NCBI GenBank assembly: GCA_903919215.1
Contig: CAIXHI010000394.1
Location: forward strand, 1 to 36,154
Direction of reading: 5' to 3'
Source: an uncultured Acidimicrobiaceae bacterium
GTDB taxonomy: Bacteria > Actinomycetota > Acidimicrobiia > Acidimicrobiales > Ilumatobacteraceae
Length of the DNA stretch: 36,154 nt
In this document: one piece after another, positions 10,034 to 18,092 of the stretch
Layout of the letters: each line of letters starts with the position of its first letter
How positions within the stretch are numbered: the first letter of the stretch is position 1
Program-made: the position numbers and the translations under genes
The notes under the pieces: model-generated
The model's input: the letters and a program-made list of their open reading frames with translations, nothing else
Database searches by the model: none
What the model was told of the DNA's origin: nothing

Positions 10034-11539
10034 ATGATCGGACTCGCCCCGCTCGTCGTGGTCGCACTCGTGCTCGCTGGCGTCTACGCCGCAGGGCACC
10101 ACAGCCGCCATCCCGCCTCGCCGATGGGGCCGATGGGCCTCGCTCCGAGGATGCGACAGACCAGCCATCATCCATCACGCCCCACGGGCGCACACTCCGC
10201 CGCCGCGCACCAGCCGCGGACGGCGGCTCCATCCGCTGAGGACACCCCGCTCGACGCCGCACTCGCGGATTGGTGCGCTGCGGGACTCATCACGGACGAA
10301 CAGGCCGAACGGATCGAGGCCTACGAACACAACGCGATCGAACTCGCCCGCGCCGTGAACACCACAGCGTTGGAGCCCGCTCCCGCCCAGCGCCGCGTCC
10401 CCTTCATCGCCGAGGCACTCGGGTACCTCGGTGGCGTCCTCGGTCTCGCCGGCATCGTGTTGTTGATGGCCCGCTACTGGCCCGATATGTCCACACCCGG
10501 TCGGCTGGCCATCAGCGGTGGCAGCGCCACCGCACTGGCACTCGCTGGCCTGATGGTGCATGAGGGCGAGCCGGCGCTCACTAGGTTGCGCTGGTTCCTC
10601 TGGCTGCTGTCGTCCACGGTCGGTGCCGTGTTCGCCGGCGTGCTCGGCGCCGAGGCGCTCGGGTTCCACCCGGCGGACAAGGTGGCCCTCGTCGTCGCAA
10701 CGATGGTCACCGTGCAGAACGCCGCGTTCTGGTGGTGGCGTGATCGGCCGGTGCAGCAGACGCTCACCCTCGTCGGCGCCTCCACCCTGGTGGGTACGTT
10801 CGTCGCGCAGTTCACAGGCGTGGGGCTGACCGGGCTGACATTGGTGGCCTTCGGCGTCGCACTCGCAGTCACCGGGTGGCGTTCGCTCACACCCGCACCG
10901 GAACTCACCGCCCTGGTCGGGGCGGCAACGATGGTGGTCGGTTCGGCGATGTCGAGTTCCGAATGGCACGGATGGGGTATGGCGCTGATGCTCGCCGCCG
11001 TCGGCGCGATCCTGATCTCCGCGGCCTGGCCGGGTGACGTGTGCGACCGCGGTGTGCGCGTCGCCCTCACCGTGGTGGGTTGCGCAGGTGCGCTCCAAGC
11101 CGTCCCATCCGCGGTCGGGTACTTCTCGCAGCAGGCAGGCATCCTCACCGGATCCGCTGTATGGCTCGCAGGCGTCGGTCTGGTCTCCATCGGCAACCGC
11201 CGGGTGGCTCGCGCTCCCCTGGTCCTCGAGGTACTTGGGGGTGTCGGTGTCGTCGCCGGTACGGCCGTGATGGGCTTCGAGTCGGTGGCCGTCGCCACGC
11301 TCGCCGGCCTGGCAACGGCTGTCTGCCTGCTGGCCCTGGGCGCCGCCCCCGGTCGGGTGCTGATGTCGCTGTTCGGCTCGGCCGGGTTGCTGGTCAACGT
11401 CCCGTGGTCGATCACACACTTCTTCCCCGGGGAAGGCCGGGTCCCTGTGCTGATCATCGCCTGCGGCACGGTGATCATCGCCATCGCTGTCTGGATGTCC
11501 CGAATGGGTGGCCGCCTGCGCGACGAACTCAACCGCTGA
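10034..11539 (+). CDS. Polytopic membrane protein with a DUF2157-like N-terminal region
   Basis: The ATG is preceded by GAGAGGAGG at 5-nt spacing. The motif LADWCAAGLITDEQAERIEAYEH followed by many TM helices matches the DUF2157 pattern. An extra N-terminal TM helix and a His/Pro-rich linker are present. The 3' end overlaps the convergent acyl-CoA dehydrogenase stop by 11 nt. Confidence 0.65.
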   Translation: MIGLAPLVVVALVLAGVYAAGHHSRHPASPMGPMGLAPRMRQTSHHPSRPTGAHSAAAHQPRTAAPSAEDTPLDAALADWCAAGLITDEQAERIEAYEHNAIELARAVNTTALEPAPAQRRVPFIAEALGYLGGVLGLAGIVLLMARYWPDMSTPGRLAISGGSATALALAGLMVHEGEPALTRLRWFLWLLSSTVGAVFAGVLGAEALGFHPADKVALVVATMVTVQNAAFWWWRDRPVQQTLTLVGASTLVGTFVAQFTGVGLTGLTLVAFGVALAVTGWRSLTPAPELTALVGAATMVVGSAMSSSEWHGWGMALMLAAVGAILISAAWPGDVCDRGVRVALTVVGCAGALQAVPSAVGYFSQQAGILTGSAVWLAGVGLVSIGNRRVARAPLVLEVLGGVGVVAGTAVMGFESVAVATLAGLATAVCLLALGAAPGRVLMSLFGSAGLLVNVPWSITHFFPGEGRVPVLIIACGTVIIAIAVWMSRMGGRLRDELNR

Positions 11540-12746
11540 TGTGACCGCGGGTCTCCGCCCACGGACGACCCGCAGCCGCATCCGGTTCGGCGGGCAGACC
11601 CAGCACGCGCTCGCCGATGATGTTGCGCTGGACGGCCCAGGTGCCACCGCCGATGGTGAGCGCCGGGGCGAACATGAACCCGTCGTACCACCCTGCGTCG
11701 AGCAGGCCGCCGGGTATCGGCCCTTGACCGAGCCCACTGAATGAGCCCGAGGCAGCGCTGTCGCCATCGACGCGCCGCAACATGGCCAAGGCACCCACGG
11801 AGTCACGAGCAAGTGCCATGACATGCTGACCGTGCTCGTCGGCCAGCAACTTGCGGACGCTGGCTTCCGGACCGGGCTGGCGTCCCTGCACACGCGCCGA
11901 CAGGGTGCGCAGACGGATGAGGTCGAGGATCACGTGCTCGGTGTACACCGCAGCGATGCGTTGACGGAGGTGCGGGTCGGTCACCGGACCTGTCGAGCGG
12001 ATGAGATCCACCAGATCGAGGCCAGTCGGTCCCATCCCCCACAGCACACCGCCGGTGCTCAGCGACACACGCTCGTTGCCGAGCGTCACCTTGGCCAATC
12101 GCCAGCCGTCGTTGACCTCGCCGACGAGGTTCGCCGCGGGCAAGCGAACATCGGTGAAGAACACCTCGTTGAACGTCTGTCCGCCGGTCATCTCGGTGAT
12201 CGGTCGAATCTCGATCCCGGGCAGATCCATCGGGCAGATGAAGTAGGAGATACCTCTCTGCTTCGGCGCAGTCGGGTCGGTGCGGGCGATGAGGATGCCG
12301 AACTTGGCGAACTGCGCTCCGCTGGTCCAGATCTTCTGACCGTTGATGATCCATTCGTCGCCGTCACGTTCAGCGCGGGTGCCAAGCGCCGCCAGGTCGC
12401 TGCCCGCCTCGGGTTCGCTGAACAGTTGGCACCAGAACTCCTCACCGCTCAGCAGCGGGAACAGGTAACGCGCCTTCTGATCCTCGGTGCCCGCGTAGGC
12501 GATGGTGGGGCCGGCCCAGCCGATCCCGATCGGGTTCGTTGGGCGGCGCACCTTGGCCCGCCGCAGTTCGTCGTCGATGATCAACTGGTGCACCGGGTCG
12601 GCACCCACACCCCATGGGGCCGGCCAGTGCGGAGCCACATATCCGGCCTCGGCGAGCTGACGGCCCGTCGGCGCCGGGTGCTCGTGTAGCCATGTGCGCA
12701 CCGCGAGACGGCGCGGATCGTCCTCCGCAGGCAACTGGAAGTCCAT
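11529..12746 (-). CDS. Acyl-CoA dehydrogenase
   Basis: Track ORF trimmed to the ATG at 12746 (MDFQLPAEDDPRRLAVRTWL). ACAD blocks are present: EPEAGSDLAALGTRAERDGDEWIINGQKIWTSGA and a C-terminal NIIGERVLGLP. Confidence 0.9.
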   Translation of the reverse strand: MDFQLPAEDDPRRLAVRTWLHEHPAPTGRQLAEAGYVAPHWPAPWGVGADPVHQLIIDDELRRAKVRRPTNPIGIGWAGPTIAYAGTEDQKARYLFPLLSGEEFWCQLFSEPEAGSDLAALGTRAERDGDEWIINGQKIWTSGAQFAKFGILIARTDPTAPKQRGISYFICPMDLPGIEIRPITEMTGGQTFNEVFFTDVRLPAANLVGEVNDGWRLAKVTLGNERVSLSTGGVLWGMGPTGLDLVDLIRSTGPVTDPHLRQRIAAVYTEHVILDLIRLRTLSARVQGRQPGPEASVRKLLADEHGQHVMALARDSVGALAMLRRVDGDSAASGSFSGLGQGPIPGGLLDAGWYDGFMFAPALTIGGGTWAVQRNIIGERVLGLPAEPDAAAGRPWAETRGHISG

Positions 12747-12779
12747 CCCCCCGACCCTAACCCTCCCCCCTTTCATCCT

Positions 12780-12828
12780 CTGTGTCGCGGGTCTGACCAC
12801 CAAGGACGGACAGCACGGCCGCGACACA
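12780..12828 (+). repeat. Palindromic element copy 1 (10-bp arms, 28-nt spacer) in the divergent promoter region
   Basis: TGTGTCGCGG (12781-12790) pairs with CCGCGACACA (12819-12828). The first ~33 nt (CTGTGTCGCGGGTCTGACCACCAAGGACGGAC) recur 88 bp downstream with 2 mismatches. Confidence 0.8.
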
Positions 12829-12867
12829 CAGGGGACCGAGCCAACTCCGACCGCGCCGGCCGAACGT

Positions 12868-12917
12868 CTGTGTCGCGGGTCTGACCTCCGAGGACGGACG
12901 ACCCGGGCGCGACACAG
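12868..12917 (+). repeat. Palindromic element copy 2 (10-bp arms, 30-nt spacer)
   Basis: CTGTGTCGCG (12868-12877) pairs with CGCGACACAG (12908-12917). An inner GGGTC/GACCC pairing is possible. It is a direct repeat of copy 1 and ends 20 nt before the GTG start of the acyl-CoA synthetase. Confidence 0.8.
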
Positions 12918-12937
12918 ATGGGAAAGGTGGGGGTTCC

Positions 12938-14578
12938 GTGCGTGACCAACTACGGTCGGACCCCGTGACTGCTGGATGGAACTTCGCTGAGATCTGGGAA
13001 CGCATCGCCGACCGCGCGCCGGATGAGGTGGTGCAGTTACAGGGCGACCGGGTGTTCACCTGGCAACAGTTCGACCGACGTGCCGACGGCATCGCCGCGG
13101 CGTTGCTCGCCGGCGGTGCGCAGCATCAGGACAAGGTCGCGCACTACCTGTACAACTGCCCGGAGTTCATGGAGAGCATGTTCGCCATGTACAAGGCGGG
13201 CCTCGCGCCGGTAAACACCAACTACCGCTACACCGACGACGAGCTCGAGTACCTGTGGGAGAACTCCGACACGGTGGCCGTCGTGTTCCACGGCACGTTC
13301 ACCGAACGGTGCGACGCAATGCGCTCCCGTGCCCCACGAGTGCACACCTGGATCTGGGTCGACGACGGCAGCGGTCCGTGCCCCGACTGGGCGATCGATT
13401 ACGAGGTCGCGGCAACCAGCGCGACCGGGCGCACGATCCCGCCATGGGGACGCAGCGGCGACGATCTCTATCTGATCTACACGGGCGGCACGACGGGCTT
13501 CCCCAAGGGCGTGATGTGGCGCCAGGACGACGTGGTCGGCAGCCTCGACAACTCCTCCAAGGCCAAACTGCCCGCCGAACCGGGTTGGGAAGTGTTCGAC
13601 GGTCGCATCAGCGGACCCGGACCGCGAGTGCTGCCCGGGGCTCCGTTGATGCACGGTACGGGGGCGTTCAACGCGATGAGCGTGCTGATGAACGGCGGCT
13701 CAATTGTCACCATGCAGGGCCGTCACTTCGATCCGGCGGAGCTACTCGACACCATCCAGCACTACAAAGCGACGACGATGTCGATCGTCGGCGACGCGAT
13801 GGCCAAGCCGATCCTGCGGGCACTCGACGCCGAACCCGACCGCTGGGACTTCTCCTCGATGCGCGTCATGATCTCCAGCGGGGTCATCTGGGCCGCAGAG
13901 ACGAAGGCCGGACTGCTGCGGCACAACCAGCGGTTGATCATGGTCGACACCCTGGGCAGCAGCGAGGCGATCGGCATGGCGGCGAACACCACCAAGGCCG
14001 GTGGCGGCAGCAGCACCGCCAAGTTCGCCCTCGGCCCCAACACCCGCGTTCTCACCGAGGATGGCCGCGAAGTGCAGGCGGGTAGCGGCGAGCGTGGGCG
14101 GGTGGCGCTGCGCGGCCGCACACCGATCGGGTACTACAAGGATCCCGTGAAGAGCGCCGACACGTTCATCGTCCACGACGGTGTGCGCTGGAGCATTCCT
14201 GGCGACTGGGCCGAAGTGGAGGCCGATGGCACGTTGAAGCTCTACGGACGCGGCAGCCAGTGCATCAACACCGGCGGCGAGAAGGTCTACCCGGAGGAGG
14301 TCGAGGAGGCGCTGAAGCTGCACCCCTCGGTCGATGACGCCGCCGTCGTGGGCGTGCCCGACGAACGGTTCGGCGAGGCGATCACCGCCCTCGTGCAACT
14401 CCACGAGGGGCACACCCTCGACGAGAAGGCACTCATCGCCTATGTGCGTGAGCACCATGCGGCCTACAAGTCGCCGAAACGGGTGCTGCAGATCGCCACC
14501 ATCGGTCGCGCCGCCAACGGCAAGCTGAACTACAAGAACCTGCGCGACGAAGCGCTGCGCCAGCTCGGAATTTCCTGA
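12938..14578 (+). CDS. AMP-dependent acyl-CoA synthetase/ligase (FadD-like)
   Basis: GTG start preceded by GGAAAGGTGGGGG. AMP-binding motif IYTGGTTGFPKGVMW. C-terminal GDWAEVEADGTLKLYGRGSQCINTGGEKVYPEEVE. Confidence 0.9.
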   Translation: MRDQLRSDPVTAGWNFAEIWERIADRAPDEVVQLQGDRVFTWQQFDRRADGIAAALLAGGAQHQDKVAHYLYNCPEFMESMFAMYKAGLAPVNTNYRYTDDELEYLWENSDTVAVVFHGTFTERCDAMRSRAPRVHTWIWVDDGSGPCPDWAIDYEVAATSATGRTIPPWGRSGDDLYLIYTGGTTGFPKGVMWRQDDVVGSLDNSSKAKLPAEPGWEVFDGRISGPGPRVLPGAPLMHGTGAFNAMSVLMNGGSIVTMQGRHFDPAELLDTIQHYKATTMSIVGDAMAKPILRALDAEPDRWDFSSMRVMISSGVIWAAETKAGLLRHNQRLIMVDTLGSSEAIGMAANTTKAGGGSSTAKFALGPNTRVLTEDGREVQAGSGERGRVALRGRTPIGYYKDPVKSADTFIVHDGVRWSIPGDWAEVEADGTLKLYGRGSQCINTGGEKVYPEEVEEALKLHPSVDDAAVVGVPDERFGEAITALVQLHEGHTLDEKALIAYVREHHAAYKSPKRVLQIATIGRAANGKLNYKNLRDEALRQLGIS

Positions 14579-14606
14579 CGCCGGTCGTCCCGGTAGCGTT
14601 CGCGCC

Positions 14607-15506
14607 ATGAGCGCAGATCAACTCGGGTACGACGGCAAGGTAGTCATCATCACTGGCGCAGGCGGTGGCTTGGGTCGGCAACACGCGCTGCTGATGGCCA
14701 GCCGGGGCGCGCTCGTGGTCATCAACGATCTCGGCGGAGCGGTCGACGGCAGCGGTAGCGACAAGGGTGCGGCCGACCGCGTGGTCGACGAGATCAAGTC
14801 CCTGGGAGGCGACGCCGTGGCCGACACCAACACCGTCGCCACCCCTGAAGGTGGTGCCGCGATCGTGCAGACCGCTGTCGACGCCTACGGCAAGGTCGAC
14901 GTCGTCATCAACAACGCCGGCATCCTGCGCGACAAGGCGTTCCACAATCTCGAACCCGATCAGCTGAACGCGGTACTCGATGTGCACCTCAAAGGCGCCT
15001 TCCACGTCACCCAGCCGGCATGGCGCATCATGCGCGAACAGGGTTACGGCCGCATCGTCAGCACGTCCAGCGCAGCGGGTGTGTTCGGCAACTTCGGCCA
15101 GACCAACTACGGCGCGGCGAAGATGGGCTTGGTCGGCTTCACCCGCGTGCTCGCCGTCGAGGGTGCCAAGTTCAACATCAAGGCCAACGCGATCGCTCCG
15201 TTGGCGATGACCCGCATGACCGAGACGATCCTGGGCTCGTTGGGCGATGTGTTGAAGCCGGAACTGGTGTCACCGCTGGTGGCGTTCCTTGCCCACGACG
15301 ACTGCCCGGTCAGCGGCAAGCTGTTCAGTGTCGGCGGCGGCCGTGTGGCCGAAGTGTTCCTCGCGGAAGCCCAGGGGTACTTCAAGAAGGACCTCACCAT
15401 GGAGGATGTGCGCGACAACTGGAGCACGGTCACCGATCAGACCGGTTACGGGGTGCCCAGCAACCTGGGCGAAGAGACGGCGATGTTCCTGCCGTTCTTC
15501 AAGTGA
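14607..15506 (+). CDS. SDR family oxidoreductase, HSD17B4 N-terminal/Rv0148-like (probable 3-hydroxyacyl-CoA dehydrogenase)
   Basis: VVIITGAGGGLGRQHAL, NNAGILRD, YGAAKMGLVGF (YxxxK). Length and the C-terminal extension are typical of this SDR subgroup. Confidence 0.85.
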   Translation: MSADQLGYDGKVVIITGAGGGLGRQHALLMASRGALVVINDLGGAVDGSGSDKGAADRVVDEIKSLGGDAVADTNTVATPEGGAAIVQTAVDAYGKVDVVINNAGILRDKAFHNLEPDQLNAVLDVHLKGAFHVTQPAWRIMREQGYGRIVSTSSAAGVFGNFGQTNYGAAKMGLVGFTRVLAVEGAKFNIKANAIAPLAMTRMTETILGSLGDVLKPELVSPLVAFLAHDDCPVSGKLFSVGGGRVAEVFLAEAQGYFKKDLTMEDVRDNWSTVTDQTGYGVPSNLGEETAMFLPFFK

Positions 15507-15524
15507 ACGAATAGCATTCGCCAC

Positions 15525-15800
15525 ATGACCGACCCCAAGGAAACTGGATACAACCGCGGACCGCAGCCTGATGTCGACTCCAAGCCGAACATCGCGCTGA
15601 TCGCCGGCGTCATCGTGATCATCGCCTGCGCTCTGTTGTTCGTGCGCAACGACCAAGCCGTCTCCATCGACTTCCTTTTCTACGAGAAGACGACGACGGT
15701 CAGATGGGCCGTGCTGATGGCCATCGTCCTGGGTGTCCTGCTCGACCGGGCGTTCACCATCTGGTGGCGCCGACGCCGACGCAAGAACGACGACGACTGA
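15525..15800 (+). CDS. Small membrane protein, LapA/DUF1049-like
   Basis: 91 aa with two hydrophobic helices (IALIAGVIVIIACALLF and WAVLMAIVLGVLL) and a basic tail WWRRRRRKNDDD. Confidence 0.6.
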   Translation: MTDPKETGYNRGPQPDVDSKPNIALIAGVIVIIACALLFVRNDQAVSIDFLFYEKTTTVRWAVLMAIVLGVLLDRAFTIWWRRRRRKNDDD

Positions 15801-15816
15801 ACGAGATGGCCCTCCG

Positions 15817-16647
15817 ATGATCGTGCCGTCGACCGACGGCGTGGAAATTGCGGTGCACGACCTCGGCGGTGCCGGCTCGGCACTCTTGGTGGCGCACGCC
15901 ACCGGGTTCCATGGTCGCTGCTACGAACCCCTCGCTGAAGCACTCCCCACGCGGCATTGCATTGCCTTCGATTACCGCGGACACGGCGACACCACACGTC
16001 CGCCAGGGCCCCTCGACTGGCAGCAGTTCGGCGACGACACCGTGGCGATGGCGGAATGGACCGCCGAGCGCTATGGCAGCCCGATCGATGCGTTCGGCCA
16101 CTCGATGGGCGCCGCCTGTCTGTTGATCGCCGCCCACCGCCGACCCGAACTGTTTCGCCGCATCGCGGCCTTCGAGCCGATCGTGTTCCCGCCCGTTGCT
16201 GACGACTTCGACTACGCCAACACCCCACTGGCCCAGGGGGCCCGGCGGCGGCGTTCCACCTTTGTGTCGTACGCGGCGGCGCTGGAGAACTTCGCGGCGA
16301 AACGGCCGCTCAGTGCGTTCACCCCAGCGGCCCTCGACGCGTACGTGCGATACGGCTTTCGCGAGGACGACGACGGTCAGGTGCACCTGAAGTGCACCAC
16401 CGAGACCGAGGCGCTGACGTTCGCGGGTGGTCCCGCCCACACCACGTGGGACCACCTGTCGTCGATCACCACCGAGGTGCTGGTGATCACCGGACGGATC
16501 GAACCGATGCAGCCGTCGGCGATTGCCGCGGAGATCGCCGAGCGGCTACCGAACGCGACGTACGTGCAGCGCGATGATCTCGACCATTTCGGACCGATGA
16601 CCCACCCCAATGAGATCGCCGCGCTGTTGATCGAGGCGTTCGCCTGA
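15817..16647 (+). CDS. Alpha/beta hydrolase
   Basis: Track ORF trimmed to the ATG at 15817 (MIVPSTDGVEIAVHDLGG). Nucleophile elbow GHSMGA. A C-terminal DHFGP region could supply the catalytic His. Confidence 0.8.
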   Translation: MIVPSTDGVEIAVHDLGGAGSALLVAHATGFHGRCYEPLAEALPTRHCIAFDYRGHGDTTRPPGPLDWQQFGDDTVAMAEWTAERYGSPIDAFGHSMGAACLLIAAHRRPELFRRIAAFEPIVFPPVADDFDYANTPLAQGARRRRSTFVSYAAALENFAAKRPLSAFTPAALDAYVRYGFREDDDGQVHLKCTTETEALTFAGGPAHTTWDHLSSITTEVLVITGRIEPMQPSAIAAEIAERLPNATYVQRDDLDHFGPMTHPNEIAALLIEAFA

Positions 16648-16703
16648 TCGGTGTCGGCACCACGAGGCGACACTGACGCGCACCCCTTCCCTACGATGGC
16701 GGC

Positions 16704-17525
16704 ATGTACCCGGTACCCACGAGCCTCTCCCCCAGCAGAGTCGAAGCATTCGTGTCGTGCCCGCTGGCCTTCCGCTTCGCAAGTATCGAGAAGTTGCCCG
16801 AGCCTCCCAGCGTGCACACCACCAAAGGCTCGTTGGTACACCGAGCGCTCGAGCTGTTGTTCATCAAGCCAGCCGCCGAACGCACCACGGATGCAGCGCG
16901 AGTCGCGCTGGATCAGGCGATCGGCGAATACCGGGTCGACCCCGACTTCACCCTGCTGGGGCTCGATGAGGTGAAGTCGGCTGAGTTCTTCGCCGACTCG
17001 TGGTCGCTCGTGCAGGGGTACTTCGCGATGGAGGATCCCACGACGGTCCGCGAGATCGGGCTCGAGATCCGGCTCGAAGCACCGATCGACACGTTCTCGC
17101 TGCGCGGCATCATCGATCGGCTGGAGCTCGATGCCGAGGGCAACTTCGTCGTCACCGACTACAAGACCGGGCGGGCCCCCAGCCCGAGGTACCAGCAGAA
17201 CAGCATGTCGGGCGTGCACTTCTACTCATTCCTGTGCGAAGCGGTGCTGGGCCGCCGACCCGCCACGGTGCGGCTGATGTACTTGCGTTCGGGCGATGTC
17301 ATCACCGCCGCACCATCCGCCATGTCGGTGAGGGCCATCACCGGACGGGCCAAGGCAGTGATGAAAGCGGTCGAGCAGGCCTGCACCACCGAAGACTTCC
17401 GCCCGAAGGAGGGCGCGCTGTGCGGCTTCTGTTCGTTCAAGGAGTGGTGTCCCGCGTTCGGCGGCGACCCGTCGCGCGCCGCCGCGGAGGCTCCGCTGCG
17501 ACTCGTTTCCCCGGCGGGCGCATGA
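16704..17525 (+). CDS. PD-(D/E)XK nuclease, Cas4/AddB-like with a four-Cys Fe-S motif (RecB-family exonuclease)
   Basis: N-terminal LSPSRVEAFVSCPLAFRF. Catalytic core IIDRLE and VVTDYKTG. C-terminal CGFCSFKEWC, which with Cys19 gives the Cas4-type Cys arrangement. Confidence 0.8.
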   Translation: MYPVPTSLSPSRVEAFVSCPLAFRFASIEKLPEPPSVHTTKGSLVHRALELLFIKPAAERTTDAARVALDQAIGEYRVDPDFTLLGLDEVKSAEFFADSWSLVQGYFAMEDPTTVREIGLEIRLEAPIDTFSLRGIIDRLELDAEGNFVVTDYKTGRAPSPRYQQNSMSGVHFYSFLCEAVLGRRPATVRLMYLRSGDVITAAPSAMSVRAITGRAKAVMKAVEQACTTEDFRPKEGALCGFCSFKEWCPAFGGDPSRAAAEAPLRLVSPAGA

Positions 17526-18064
17526 GCAGTCAGTTGTCGGATGGCATTCACCGGTTCGACGATCGCGCAGACACCGCACTCGAATACCTGCGTGGGCGCA
17601 GCAGAGCACTCGACGCCGTCTTCCTCGGCGCCAGCGCCCTCGGCGACTTCAGCCTCATCTGGCACTTGGTCGGCGGTATCCGCGGCCTCACCAGCGACCA
17701 CCACGCGAACCAGGCGTTCTTGTTCTCTGCGCTCATCGGCGCTGAGAGCCTGATCGTCAACCAAGGGGTCAAGCGTTTGTTCCGCCGCACTCGGCCCACC
17801 GAGGCTGGCGATCCGCGGTTCCCGGTGCGCAAACCCTCCACCAGCAGCTTCCCCAGCGGCCATGCGTCCGCCGCCTTTTTCGCCGCCAGCCTGCTCACCG
17901 CCTGGAGTGGGTGGCCCACGCTGCCGGCGTGGTTCGCGCTCGCGTGTGTGGTCGCGATCAGCCGAGCGTTCGTCCGCATCCACCACGCCAGCGACATCAT
18001 CGGCGGCGCAATCCTCGGGCTCGGACTCGCTCAGGTGGCGCTGCTGATCCTGCGCACTCGCTGA
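17522..18064 (+). CDS. PAP2-family (phosphatidic acid phosphatase type 2) membrane phosphatase
   Basis: Track ORF 17000-18064 trimmed to the ATG at 17522, which forms an ATGA overlap with the nuclease stop. All three PAP2 motifs are present: KRLFRRTRP, PSGH and SRAFVRIHHASD. Confidence 0.85.
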   Translation: MSSQLSDGIHRFDDRADTALEYLRGRSRALDAVFLGASALGDFSLIWHLVGGIRGLTSDHHANQAFLFSALIGAESLIVNQGVKRLFRRTRPTEAGDPRFPVRKPSTSSFPSGHASAAFFAASLLTAWSGWPTLPAWFALACVVAISRAFVRIHHASDIIGGAILGLGLAQVALLILRTR

Positions 18065-18092
18065 GGGTCGTACCGGCCGGTAACCTCCGCAC

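Noticed and set aside
12780-12917. Possibility that the repeated palindromes form a CRISPR array or encode the 83-aa track ORF 12694-12945.
   Set aside because: There are only two copies, 88 bp apart, and no cas genes. The ORF translation is low-complexity and spans a divergent promoter region.
16651-16673. Hairpin GTGTCG-N11-CGACAC after the hydrolase stop, whose core resembles the arms of the 12780-type palindrome.
   Set aside because: The arms are only 6 bp, and the resemblance is limited to a GC-rich hexamer. It is most simply a weak stem after the stop codon.
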